Virus record (IMG/VR): IMGVR_UViG_3300033143_002274
Location: 11,167 to 75,166 of that record
Direction: 5' to 3' (one strand)
Length of the DNA: 64,000 nt
Origin: a virus
Positions within the stretch are counted from its first letter, which is position 1. Each line of letters begins with the position of its first letter. The translations under genes and the position numbers were made by a program. Below, piece by piece: positions 48,026 through 57,151 of the stretch. Under the pieces are notes generated by a model. That model saw only the letters and a program-made list of their open reading frames with translations. It had not been told where the DNA came from and did no database searches.

Positions 48026-48778
48026 ATGTCTAAGAAAAACAAACGTAACAAATTAACTGTAATATCGAACGACCAACAAGCATCTTCACACGGTGCTGAC
48101 CACAAAAAATCATTTCATAAGAAGGATGTCAAATTCATAACCCCAATCACAGACACACAGAAGACCGCTATGGACTGCTACCGTGATGGTGATAACATGT
48201 TTATGTATGGGTCAGCAGGGTGTGGTAAGACGTTCTTGGGAATGTACATGGCACTCAATGATGTTCTTGATGAACGTACTGAATACCACAAACTTATCAT
48301 TGTCAGAAGTGCTGTTGCTACCCGCGACATTGGGTTTTTGCCGGGCACTGAGGAAGAAAAACTGGCGATCTTTGAACAACCATATACATCAATCTGTAAT
48401 GAGTTATTCAAGTTTGGGAAGTCATATGAGAATCTGAAGAAGTTAAATTATGTTGATTTTGTAAGCAGTTCATTCCTACGTGGATTGACCTTCGACCACT
48501 CAATTATACTGGTAGATGAAGTACAAAACTTTAATGCAGATGAACTCAATACTGTGATGACCCGCATAGGTTATCAATCTAAAATTATCTTCAGTGGTGA
48601 CTTAGCACAATCAGATTTGATGAAGACAAACAGGGACAAATCTGGTATGGGTGATTTCCTCAACATCATCAGGACTCTGGATGAATTCGCAATGATCAAG
48701 TTCACAACTGATGATATCGTCCGGTCTGACCTTGTAAAACGCTATATTATCGCAAAAGAAAAATACGAAAAGTTGTAA
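48026..48778 (+). CDS. phoH: PhoH-family ATPase
   Basis: GSAGCGKT, IGFLPG, FLRGLT, DEVQN, TRIG, GD..QSD, DIVRS. Confidence 0.95.
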   Translation: MSKKNKRNKLTVISNDQQASSHGADHKKSFHKKDVKFITPITDTQKTAMDCYRDGDNMFMYGSAGCGKTFLGMYMALNDVLDERTEYHKLIIVRSAVATRDIGFLPGTEEEKLAIFEQPYTSICNELFKFGKSYENLKKLNYVDFVSSSFLRGLTFDHSIILVDEVQNFNADELNTVMTRIGYQSKIIFSGDLAQSDLMKTNRDKSGMGDFLNIIRTLDEFAMIKFTTDDIVRSDLVKRYIIAKEKYEKL

Positions 48779-48805
48779 GTTGTTGTTTTAAAAGGAGATA
48801 TAAAT

Positions 48806-48834
48806 TTGACAGCAGGAAGTTTTCAATCTATAAT
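48806..48834 (+). promoter_or_regulatory. Perfect sigma70 early promoter
   Basis: TTGACA-17 bp-TATAAT. Confidence 0.9.
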
Positions 48835-48859
48835 AGTTCCATCAACTGAGGGAAAGATT

Positions 48860-49222
48860 ATGAAAACTCGTACAGCACATGATACAGCTTGGGATACACT
48901 GTCTGACTTACACAAAGATGTTTATGGATTCCGTCCACGTGGTGTATACGATTTCGACTCAATGTCTACTGATGATATTGAAGACGAGATTGAACGTCTT
49001 ATTCCTGCTTTGAATGAAGTTGTCGCAGCAGAACAAGCACGTGAACGAGCAGCGATTGTAGCATTCGAACAGGTTATCACTGAAACCATTGCTAATGGTG
49101 CAGGTACTCGTGCCAATGCAATCAACTGGTTGCGTGATGCAGAAGAAGACGATTTTATGACTGATGGTTACTTCGGTTTTCTTTACGGTCTTCCTCACAA
49201 CTACTTTGAGAAAGCAGCATAA
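48860..49222 (+). CDS. Conserved early phage protein; start refined to 48860
   Basis: SDLHKDVYGFRPRG motif; GAGGG RBS. Confidence 0.75.
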   Translation: MKTRTAHDTAWDTLSDLHKDVYGFRPRGVYDFDSMSTDDIEDEIERLIPALNEVVAAEQARERAAIVAFEQVITETIANGAGTRANAINWLRDAEEDDFMTDGYFGFLYGLPHNYFEKAA

Positions 49223-49587
49223 TGGAGAAGGTAACTAATTACGGATACTCTAAGAGGGCGGGTAAACCCCCTAAGATGTATAAGATCATTATAAACAATA
49301 GTGCCAATAGGATTGATGGGTTTGATATGGTTCGTACAAAAACTGGAAAAATTGTACGTCTGGGTAATAACATGGAGGTAAGTTTGCTTAATGAATACAG
49401 CTTCTATTATGCTGCAACACATGGTGAGAATGGATCGCCTATATTTATTGTTAATGATGGCAGTCTATATCTGAGTTGTTATTGGGGTGACATAATGGAA
49501 CACAAAGAATTATTTGCAGATCTTAGCAAGAAAGTTTACAGAAAAGAGTTAACAGCATTTGACTTACTAGGATTCTTAGTGTTATAG
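49222..49587 (+). CDS. Hypothetical protein
   Basis: Coupled ORF; ends GFLVL. Confidence 0.6.
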   Translation: MEKVTNYGYSKRAGKPPKMYKIIINNSANRIDGFDMVRTKTGKIVRLGNNMEVSLLNEYSFYYAATHGENGSPIFIVNDGSLYLSCYWGDIMEHKELFADLSKKVYRKELTAFDLLGFLVL

Positions 49588-49721
49588 TGTATTCCTCCCA
49601 AGTCGTGAACCCTTTAGTTCACGCAACATTTAGCCCATTTGGGCAGAAGGTAACATACTTGTTGTGTTACCTTTTTTTTTGTTTTATACTCCACGAAAAT
49701 AAGAAGAAGGAGAAAAAAATA

Positions 49722-50750
49722 ATGAGTGCAAATTTAGACACAACTAAGGTTATGAAAAACCTCAAGAAAGCCAAAATATCGTTGGGTATATCTGACCCCG
49801 ATAAATGGTTGACCAGTGGTAATTATGGGTTAAATTTTAAGTTAACAGGAGACTTCAACAGAGCATACCCCAATAAACGTTCTGTTATGTTTTGGGGGGA
49901 GTCTGGTACTGGTAAGACATTTCTTGCATGTTTGGCAGCAGTAGAAGCACAAAAAAATGGATACCATGTTGTGTACATTGATACTGAGAATGGTATTGAT
50001 ACTGGTTACTTGAGTAAGATTGGTATGGATATGTCAACAGGTGCGTTCAGTGTGATACGAATTAACACATTAAAAGAATGTATGGCAACTATGTTTGAAT
50101 GGTTTGATGGATATGATCCTGATGTTAAATTATGTTTTGTAATTGATTCATTGACAAATATGAAAACAGAATCAGCGAATGAAAATGCTACTAAGGGTAA
50201 ACTGTCAAATGATTTTGGTTTATTTGCTAAGAAGGTAAAAGAACTTGTAAGTCATCTTACTACCAAAATTGGAGACAGAGATAATTTCTTGTTTATGGTA
50301 AGTCACGCATATGCCAACCAAGATGTATTAAACGGAAAAGGTACACACTTACCGAGTGGTGGCGGTGGAATGATTTATGCTCCGTCAATGAGTATTTTTG
50401 TGTCTAAACTTAAATTAAAGGACACAACAACTAAACAAGTGGTCGGTGTCAAGATAACGGCTGAAGCAAGTAAGACACGCTTTACTCAACTTGGTGGCAG
50501 AATCAGACTTGAAGTCCCATACTCAACTGGGCTTGATCCTATTGATGGCCTATTGGATTTAGCAGTTGAAGCTGATCTTGTTGATAACACAACTAAAGGT
50601 TGGTATAGCTTTGGTGATCCTGAAACGGGTGAACTCATAAAATTCCGTAAGAAAGATTTTGGCGATCATTATAAGAAACTTTTTGATTTCGATGAAGCTA
50701 CTGAAATCAAAGAAGGTGCTGATTACGAAGATAAGGATGGAGCATCATAA
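49722..50750 (+). CDS. uvsX: RecA-like recombinase; start refined to 49722
   Basis: GESGTGKT, YIDTE, VIDSL, SGG, KTRF; AAGGAG RBS. Confidence 0.93.
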   Translation: MSANLDTTKVMKNLKKAKISLGISDPDKWLTSGNYGLNFKLTGDFNRAYPNKRSVMFWGESGTGKTFLACLAAVEAQKNGYHVVYIDTENGIDTGYLSKIGMDMSTGAFSVIRINTLKECMATMFEWFDGYDPDVKLCFVIDSLTNMKTESANENATKGKLSNDFGLFAKKVKELVSHLTTKIGDRDNFLFMVSHAYANQDVLNGKGTHLPSGGGGMIYAPSMSIFVSKLKLKDTTTKQVVGVKITAEASKTRFTQLGGRIRLEVPYSTGLDPIDGLLDLAVEADLVDNTTKGWYSFGDPETGELIKFRKKDFGDHYKKLFDFDEATEIKEGADYEDKDGAS

Positions 50751-50751
50751 T

Positions 50752-50781
50752 AAAAAAGGGATACCGAAGTATCCCTTTTTT
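50752..50781. terminator. Bidirectional intrinsic terminator (cUUCGg loop on minus strand)
   Basis: AAAAAAGGGATAC-CGAA-GTATCCCTTTTTT between convergent genes. Confidence 0.92.
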
Positions 50782-50802
50782 CATTTCATAAACTAAGTAA
50801 GA

Positions 50803-51453
50803 TTACTTAGCGTTTAAGCGAGTATTAGTGTCATTAACTGCTGCAATGATTTCAGCTTCAAGATCTAAATCACCAGTAGTGTAATCTACTTTTGCAAGAG
50901 CAGCAGAATCATATGATTCTTCAGCAGGTTCATATGCAGATAAAGCATTTGCGCCATTGTCTAAAGTACGTACTGCAAGTTGTCCAAAAAGACCACCATC
51001 AACAGGTGAAAGTAAACCAGCATAACCAGACATACCCACGAACAGATCAACATCAGTGATTACAACGTAAGAAGCAAGACCAGTTGTAGGACTTGTTACT
51101 ACTAAGTTACCACCTGCAATTGCAAGTTCAGTGCCGGGCAAATCAGCATTGATAAGACCAAGAACAGTAGTGAAAGTATCAGCAGTAGTTACGTCAACTG
51201 AGATAGGGTAAGCAGTGCCATCAAGATTAATTGAAGCAGTATAAGTAGCAGTTACTAAACCAGCATCATTACCACCAACAGCAGACGCATCAAAGTCTAC
51301 AGTTTGAACACCAGCAGCAGAACCACCAGCAGTTTCGTCTGTGTCCATACCTGCTACATCAGCAGTATTTACGACAGCAACACGAATGAAAGATTGTACC
51401 GTACCACGAGTTTTAGTAGCGTAAACTGTTTCGCCATTTATAGTTGTAGACAT
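50803..51453 (-). CDS. Virion structural/decoration protein
   Basis: TATAAATA 51494-51501, AGGAG RBS, Ala/Thr/Gly-rich, own terminator. Confidence 0.65.
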   Translation of the reverse strand: MSTTINGETVYATKTRGTVQSFIRVAVVNTADVAGMDTDETAGGSAAGVQTVDFDASAVGGNDAGLVTATYTASINLDGTAYPISVDVTTADTFTTVLGLINADLPGTELAIAGGNLVVTSPTTGLASYVVITDVDLFVGMSGYAGLLSPVDGGLFGQLAVRTLDNGANALSAYEPAEESYDSAALAKVDYTTGDLDLEAEIIAAVNDTNTRLNAK

Positions 51454-51514
51454 TATTATTTCTCCTATGTTTGAATAATTTTGTTTGTAAAAGTATTTAT
51501 ATAAATAGTTATTT

Positions 51515-51739
51515 ATGATAGAAGATAAAATGACACCCTTAAACTTTCAACCACATAGCAGACCTGTGGTGAAAATGAGTATTACCGGAAGGTATCTTGG
51601 GGTGTATGACTCAGTGTCAGAAGCTGCCAGAGAGTCTAATCTGTCAAGGACAGCAATCACTAATGCTTTGAATAAGAAAGCAGGGGTGCAGCGTTCAGGA
51701 GGTTACGTTTGGAAGTATGTATCGGACTTAGCTAGATAA
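51515..51739 (+). CDS. NUMOD1-type HTH DNA-binding protein
   Basis: RPVV....G.....YDSVSEAAR......I..A......SGGYVWKY. Confidence 0.8.
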   Translation: MIEDKMTPLNFQPHSRPVVKMSITGRYLGVYDSVSEAARESNLSRTAITNALNKKAGVQRSGGYVWKYVSDLAR

Positions 51740-52003
51740 AGATACGGTATAGAGTACAGCACCACGATGTGATATATCGAATTTTCCGGTCAGACTACTG
51801 TAGTTGTCATTGATCCATGCAACGATAGAATCCCATCTGCCACTTTTGATGACTTGTGCATTTTGGATAACGTCTACCATAGTGTCATCTGAAATGTTAA
51901 CTCCCACAGGGTTAAATCGCATTTCATCAAATGCTTCAAAATCTGCATTGACGAAATCAAAATCTTCTTCATCTACTGCGGTAAATATATCTTTACTTAT
52001 CAT
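51728..52003 (-). CDS. Hypothetical acidic late protein
   Basis: CATAAATA and GGAG upstream. Confidence 0.6.
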   Translation of the reverse strand: MISKDIFTAVDEEDFDFVNADFEAFDEMRFNPVGVNISDDTMVDVIQNAQVIKSGRWDSIVAWINDNYSSLTGKFDISHRGAVLYTVSLSS

Positions 52004-52048
52004 TTATAAAACTCCATACTATCAATGTATTTATGAAGGATAACCAAA

Positions 52049-52495
52049 ATGACAGACATACAAGCAGAACTAGATAAATTTCAAATAAGATTCGATGAAC
52101 TTGAGAAAACTGCTGAAGCAGACTTAGCACTTCAGGGTAAGAGATTGGAACAGGCACAGACACCACACCCAACATTACAACACAATTGGGGTAAGTTGGG
52201 AGCAGGATTATCTTGGTTATATGAAGAAGCAAAGAATGATGCAGACACTGCATTTGGGCAAGCATACACCAATGCCCAGAATGACAGTTACAAAACACGT
52301 TCTTCAACTGATGCTAAATGGATAGCAGAAAAGGATGACAGGTATAACAAAGCAGTCAGAATCAAGAACAAGGTTTATAGATTGAAAAAAGAAGTGGATA
52401 ATGTCACTGATGTTATTGAAAGTCGTAAGTACATCTTGAAGGACTTGACTAACAGCATAATCCACTCAGTGAATAATTCTAAACTATACATATGA
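52049..52495 (+). CDS. uvsY: Recombination mediator
   Basis: Helical ~150 aa, SSTDAKW.AE.D pattern; between uvsX and uvsW. Confidence 0.7.
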   Translation: MTDIQAELDKFQIRFDELEKTAEADLALQGKRLEQAQTPHPTLQHNWGKLGAGLSWLYEEAKNDADTAFGQAYTNAQNDSYKTRSSTDAKWIAEKDDRYNKAVRIKNKVYRLKKEVDNVTDVIESRKYILKDLTNSIIHSVNNSKLYI

Positions 52496-52722
52496 TGCCG
52501 TTGAAACACATGCGTAACCGTGAAGATTTCTTCAAGGCGTTATTGCACTATACTGTGGTCGAATATGACAATACTTCTGATGTTGATAATTACATCCTTT
52601 GGGGGATTGGTTCAGAATTAATCAACGTAACAAATGATAAGCACACATCAGATTACCACCATCATGCTAATCTTGAGTTGACTGACAGTGGCAAAGCATA
52701 CGTGGCTTTTTTAACATTATGA
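52492..52722 (+). CDS. Small protein, paralog family B
   Basis: LELTDSGKAYVAFLTL. Confidence 0.7.
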   Translation: MMPLKHMRNREDFFKALLHYTVVEYDNTSDVDNYILWGIGSELINVTNDKHTSDYHHHANLELTDSGKAYVAFLTL

Positions 52723-52976
52723 AACTGTTTCCTCATAGACATATGAAACTGTTCCCTCATATTGATGGCAGGGTGATTGAACGTTGGAAGGTCATATACC
52801 AACACCAAAGTGACCCACATGAAATTTTACATATTGATGATTCTTACTTTTTCCTGTACTCAAATGCGATAACGTATGGATTTTTAAAATTAGATTGCAC
52901 ACATAACAATCAAGAAGATTATCAGTTTTCGTTAACTGAAGATGGGGAAGCGTACATTACCTTTATGTTATTATGA
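52719..52976 (+). CDS. Small protein, paralog family B
   Basis: AITYGFL..SLTEDGEAYITFMLL. Confidence 0.7.
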   Translation: MKLFPHRHMKLFPHIDGRVIERWKVIYQHQSDPHEILHIDDSYFFLYSNAITYGFLKLDCTHNNQEDYQFSLTEDGEAYITFMLL

Positions 52977-53269
52977 TTACATTTATAGAAAATCCGATGT
53001 TTCGCCGGTATGCTGTCCATACAGATGTCCCCTTTCATACTAGGATATGGAACGAATATGTGATATTGGGGATACCCCAAATTAGAATTTTATGTACTGA
53101 TAAATCAAAGTATAAAGACGCTATTGATGAAAGTATCAAACGTGGTGAAGTGATTATAACACATAAACGCCCATTGTATCCAAGTGTCAACAGTGACTCA
53201 CATACCTTCATATATGATTTGATTGTATCCGATATGATGATAAACAAAATAGTATTTGATAGGTTATGA
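52973..53269 (+). CDS. Small protein, paralog family B
   Basis: QIRILC.D..IDESIKRG..TFIYDL..IVFDRL. Confidence 0.7.
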   Translation: MITFIENPMFRRYAVHTDVPFHTRIWNEYVILGIPQIRILCTDKSKYKDAIDESIKRGEVIITHKRPLYPSVNSDSHTFIYDLIVSDMMINKIVFDRL

Positions 53270-53541
53270 AAGATTTTAGTAAAGGTGAGTTTGTTTCCTA
53301 CCAACTTAAAGACGAGTTTAAAAGGCAGCTAAGAAAACATAATGGTTATCAGATACGTGAACTGTGTGTTGATATCTCACCGAAGAAAGAGACTATAGAT
53401 AACGCAGTTGCCTGTGGATTTCTTACTATTACCAATGTTACAATAGCACAAGTACAACTTACAGATCATAACAATACATTTTTGTATGATTTGATGTTGA
53501 CAGAAGAAGGGAAAACTTACATAGAGTTTATGTTATTATGA
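53266..53541 (+). CDS. Small protein, paralog family B
   Basis: QIRELC.D..AVACGFL..YDLMLTEEGKTYIEFMLL. Confidence 0.7.
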   Translation: MKDFSKGEFVSYQLKDEFKRQLRKHNGYQIRELCVDISPKKETIDNAVACGFLTITNVTIAQVQLTDHNNTFLYDLMLTEEGKTYIEFMLL

Positions 53542-53786
53542 CACCAATGGATTACCCAACCACATCAACTACATACATGAAACATTTGTTTGGGGAAAAA
53601 TCAACACGTGAACTTGATTGTGATGACAATTCGCCATATGCGAGATTTATACAACAGGCGAATGCTGATGGATATCTCACATACAAAATTTTAGAATCTT
53701 TACCACAGAGCAAGACAACCAGACGAGCATATGAATTACAATTAACGACATTAGGAGAAATGTACGTTAAATACCTATTACTATAA
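53538..53786 (+). CDS. Small protein, paralog family B
   Basis: RELDCD..ANADGYL..YELQLTTLGEMYVKYLLL. Confidence 0.7.
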   Translation: MTPMDYPTTSTTYMKHLFGEKSTRELDCDDNSPYARFIQQANADGYLTYKILESLPQSKTTRRAYELQLTTLGEMYVKYLLL

Positions 53787-53797
53787 TAAAAATAAAA

Positions 53798-55252
53798 ATG
53801 AAAACAACACTACATATATTTGACGAAGTAAACATAGCATTTGAAGGATTAAACAAACACCACATTAACAAGATTATAAAAGCAACAAAGTTAATGGTTA
53901 AGGGTGCATTCCACACTGCTGAGTATAAGATGAAGTTAACCGATGGGATGGAATCACAATTCTTTTCTTCAGGTCGAACTTACTTCTATATGCTTGATAA
54001 AGTTTTGCCGATGATTGAATCATTTGGGTATGAAATAGAGATAGAAGATTACAGAACTTCTATAACAAAACCTAAACATATTGATAAAGATTTCATTGCA
54101 TATGCAGATACTGATATTGATGAATTGTATTGGTATCAGGTTGAAGCAATCAACAAACTCATTGATGCAGAACGTGGTATTTTCGAATTGCCTACTAGTG
54201 CTGGTAAAGGTTTACTTGCTGCCATCACCACTAAAGTTTATGAAGACCAATTGGACTTCATCATCATCGTACCCACTGAGAAATTAGTTAAGCAGGTTTA
54301 TGCTGACTGCGACATGATAGGTTTGGATATGGGTCATATCATCAAGAAGATGTCAAAGAAAAATCGAGAAGTTGAATGGTCTAAGAAACACATGGTATGT
54401 ACATGGCAGTTACTTAAGAACAACAAACATCGTCTTGAGCGTTACAGAGGACTTATCTATGATGAAGCACATGTTATGGGTGATGTCATGTTTAACGTAC
54501 TCGAAAATGAATTACGTGATGCTGTTATTCGTTTGGGTATGACAGGTACTGTACCCAAAGATAAAAACAAACGTGAAAAGATTATGTGTCATATTGGTGG
54601 TGATGTGATCATTCATATTGCACCCAAGCAATTACAAGACGAAGGTTACATATCAACATGTGACATTGAAATGTATTCTGTTGAACACAGGTTTCAAGAT
54701 TTAGATATTGTTGATTGGGAATGGTTTCAGGAAGACAGCTACCTGTTGACCAATAACAAACGTGCAGACGAAATTGCTGACATGATTAACAATCTGCCAA
54801 ACGAAACAACACTGATCCTTTGCTTCAAAGAATTTGCAAACAAGTTGAAAGGGTTAACCGAGTATGATGTCATCACAGGTGACACACCTGAAGCAGAGCG
54901 TGAGATATACTATCACAAACTTGAGACTGAAAAAGATTACCATCTTATAGCAACATATGACACTGTTGGAACAGGTACAAGTATTGATGAAATAACGTTA
55001 CTTGTTACCATCGACTTAGGTAAAAACGAAACAAGAATTGTACAAAGCATAGGACGTGGATTACGCAAAGATGGTAAGGCAAATCATCTTAAAGTTATTG
55101 ATATCTACTCTAAAATGTGTAAGTATAGTATTCAATCAAACAAGTGGATAGATTTTAGCTACTCAGGAACGAAGCATGTAAAAGAACGTATTAAACAATA
55201 CAAGAAATTACATTATCCATATAAGGAAGTAAGTAATACCATAATAAAATAA
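53798..55252 (+). CDS. uvsW: SF2 DNA helicase
   Basis: YQ, PTSAGKG, DEAH, GMTGT, QSIGRGLR. Confidence 0.93.
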   Translation: MKTTLHIFDEVNIAFEGLNKHHINKIIKATKLMVKGAFHTAEYKMKLTDGMESQFFSSGRTYFYMLDKVLPMIESFGYEIEIEDYRTSITKPKHIDKDFIAYADTDIDELYWYQVEAINKLIDAERGIFELPTSAGKGLLAAITTKVYEDQLDFIIIVPTEKLVKQVYADCDMIGLDMGHIIKKMSKKNREVEWSKKHMVCTWQLLKNNKHRLERYRGLIYDEAHVMGDVMFNVLENELRDAVIRLGMTGTVPKDKNKREKIMCHIGGDVIIHIAPKQLQDEGYISTCDIEMYSVEHRFQDLDIVDWEWFQEDSYLLTNNKRADEIADMINNLPNETTLILCFKEFANKLKGLTEYDVITGDTPEAEREIYYHKLETEKDYHLIATYDTVGTGTSIDEITLLVTIDLGKNETRIVQSIGRGLRKDGKANHLKVIDIYSKMCKYSIQSNKWIDFSYSGTKHVKERIKQYKKLHYPYKEVSNTIIK

Positions 55253-55261
55253 GAAGAAGCA

Positions 55262-55732
55262 ATGCATTTACTTGACGAGAACTATGAACGAATTGAAACA
55301 TTTGACAATAACAAAGCTAAACTATTCTGGACATTTGATATAGACTCTTGTGACTTCTTTTTGAAGTCATGTTTGTTATGGCAAAGTATAACATCTGATG
55401 CCTATGTATTAAGTGTTGGTAACGGTTCTGTTATGATACCCTATAATTACTACATTGTAATTGGTGATTATGATTCTGGATTCGATTGTATAACCCCAGA
55501 AGAAATTATGGGTAGGGAGTTTGATGCCTATACTTTCTCTAATGATTTGAACGAAGGTTCACATATGTTAGAACCTATCAATGTAACGGATTATGTAGAA
55601 GATGCAGTATTCGTCTTACCATTCGTCAAGAGTGTATTCCCGACTACAATTTCAGACAAGCGTTCGATGTTCATCATCAACAAAGATTCATACAACAAAT
55701 TTAAGAACTTATCCATATCAGAAATACTATGA
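55262..55732 (+). CDS. Conserved hypothetical protein following uvsW
   Basis: ORF in operon. Confidence 0.65.
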   Translation: MHLLDENYERIETFDNNKAKLFWTFDIDSCDFFLKSCLLWQSITSDAYVLSVGNGSVMIPYNYYIVIGDYDSGFDCITPEEIMGREFDAYTFSNDLNEGSHMLEPINVTDYVEDAVFVLPFVKSVFPTTISDKRSMFIINKDSYNKFKNLSISEIL

Positions 55733-56106
55733 GTACATTCACGAAAAAGAAAAAAATAGATTTTCCTGATAGCATAACATCAGAACAATTTCTTGATAAA
55801 GTCAAATACTTTTTCCCTGCGCTGTATGCCATAGCAAGAGAACAAGCACTCAATAAAGTCAAGATTAATATTATGGAACTGAGGTATGATTATGGTGTTA
55901 ATGGTTTTGCCAAAAGTAAAACGTACCAAGAAGAATTTGTGGAGATAGGTGATAATCACCACAATCAGCTTATAATAAATGTAATTATTACTTCTTCTGC
56001 GTTCATGGAGAATATACGTGGTGGGCACACATACGACCAATATCTTTATAAACTCTACGTATATGTCACCAACAACAAACATAAACATGAGTTCTGGTTC
56101 TTATAA
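55729..56106 (+). CDS. Small protein, paralog family A
   Basis: QFLDKVKYFFPAL...LYVYVTNNKHKHEFWFL. Confidence 0.7.
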   Translation: MSTFTKKKKIDFPDSITSEQFLDKVKYFFPALYAIAREQALNKVKINIMELRYDYGVNGFAKSKTYQEEFVEIGDNHHNQLIINVIITSSAFMENIRGGHTYDQYLYKLYVYVTNNKHKHEFWFL

Positions 56107-56627
56107 TGTTAGATTTAGATAACAGAATATTACTTAATGATGGTATCAGTATTGTCGATGATAGCAAGGCTGCACAGTACCTGTTAGACACAGGTGAATT
56201 ACCAGATCACATCAGGGTTTTAGAATCAGATGACGCTGAAAAGTACAGGTCTAAATACCGGAAAGACATCACACATAAGTTGGAAGATGTGATGATAGAA
56301 CCAGACATAACTTATAATGAGGACGAATATGAATCAATTATTTGGGAGTTACATAATACTCGCCGTGATGGATACATTGAAGAATCACATGATGAACGCT
56401 TTGCTGTTGAGATTGACTATTTTACACGAAACAAACATCAACACCTTATTGTTAAGTTACATCACCTTATACAACGTTTCAGAGAAGATGGTGTAGTCTG
56501 GGGAGTAGGTCGAGGTAGTGCATGTGCATCCTACATCTTTTATTTGATGGGTGTGCATGATGTGGATTCCATTTCGTATGATTTGGATTTCAAGGAATTT
56601 AGTAAAGAGGATTTAGACAATGAGTGA
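56106..56627 (+). CDS. DNA polymerase III alpha (DnaE)-like fragment
   Basis: GVVWGVGRGSACASYIFYLMGVHDVD...YDL.F.EF. Confidence 0.8.
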   Translation: MLDLDNRILLNDGISIVDDSKAAQYLLDTGELPDHIRVLESDDAEKYRSKYRKDITHKLEDVMIEPDITYNEDEYESIIWELHNTRRDGYIEESHDERFAVEIDYFTRNKHQHLIVKLHHLIQRFREDGVVWGVGRGSACASYIFYLMGVHDVDSISYDLDFKEFSKEDLDNE

Positions 56628-56850
56628 TATGACACCAGAACAATTTTGCTATTGGTTGAATGGACATTTTGATCTTAGTGATTTTGATGCACTGACACCA
56701 AAGCAAGTGAAAGTTATACGGGAACATCTTGATATGGTGTTCGACAAGAAAGTTGAAGGTATAAATTTATTTGAGTTTAAAGACGTAAGACCAACAATAA
56801 AAACGTACCCATCTTATTTTCCAGATGGAATACCTAAACCAGTTTGCTAA
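56620..56850 (+). CDS. Conserved hypothetical protein
   Basis: MTPEQFCYWLNG.F..Q...I.EHL..VF. Confidence 0.7.
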   Translation: MSDMTPEQFCYWLNGHFDLSDFDALTPKQVKVIREHLDMVFDKKVEGINLFEFKDVRPTIKTYPSYFPDGIPKPVC

Positions 56851-56859
56851 GGGGGCATA

Positions 56860-57138
56860 ATGACAACGAACATACGATTACTTAAGAAAGACATTCTGAT
56901 ACGACCAATGGATATAAATGAATACTCAGAGTCAGTTATTCATATAGCGAAAGAAGATCAACATCAGGATGCTGTGAATTACTTTGAAGTGTTACAGATT
57001 TCAGATAAGGTAACATTGATGGACGCAGGTGATACCATTTTATTGGATCATCTACACCACACACCACCATTTGAATTGAATGGTGTGATGGTTGCAGTAA
57101 CAAGTGAAGACGATGTTGCAGCAGTACTACCAAAATAA
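56860..57138 (+). CDS. GroES-like co-chaperonin
   Basis: IRLLKKDILI, EVLQI, AGDTIL, EDDVAAV; 92 aa. Confidence 0.65.
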   Translation: MTTNIRLLKKDILIRPMDINEYSESVIHIAKEDQHQDAVNYFEVLQISDKVTLMDAGDTILLDHLHHTPPFELNGVMVAVTSEDDVAAVLPK

Positions 57139-57151
57139 TAAGGTTCATTGT

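Noticed and set aside
48003-48056. Leaderless 17-codon uORF (TAAATA-N5-ATG) overlapping the phoH start
   Set aside because: phoH has its own AAGGA RBS; peptide is tiny and unsupported, so not counted among leaderless genes
55262-55732. ORFs ending ISEIL (55262), YQEIL (gp47), LMDKL (13381) or GFLVL (49222) as members of the tail families
   Set aside because: They lack the family A termini and family B LTxxG pattern; terminal Leu alone is insufficient (49222 remains borderline)
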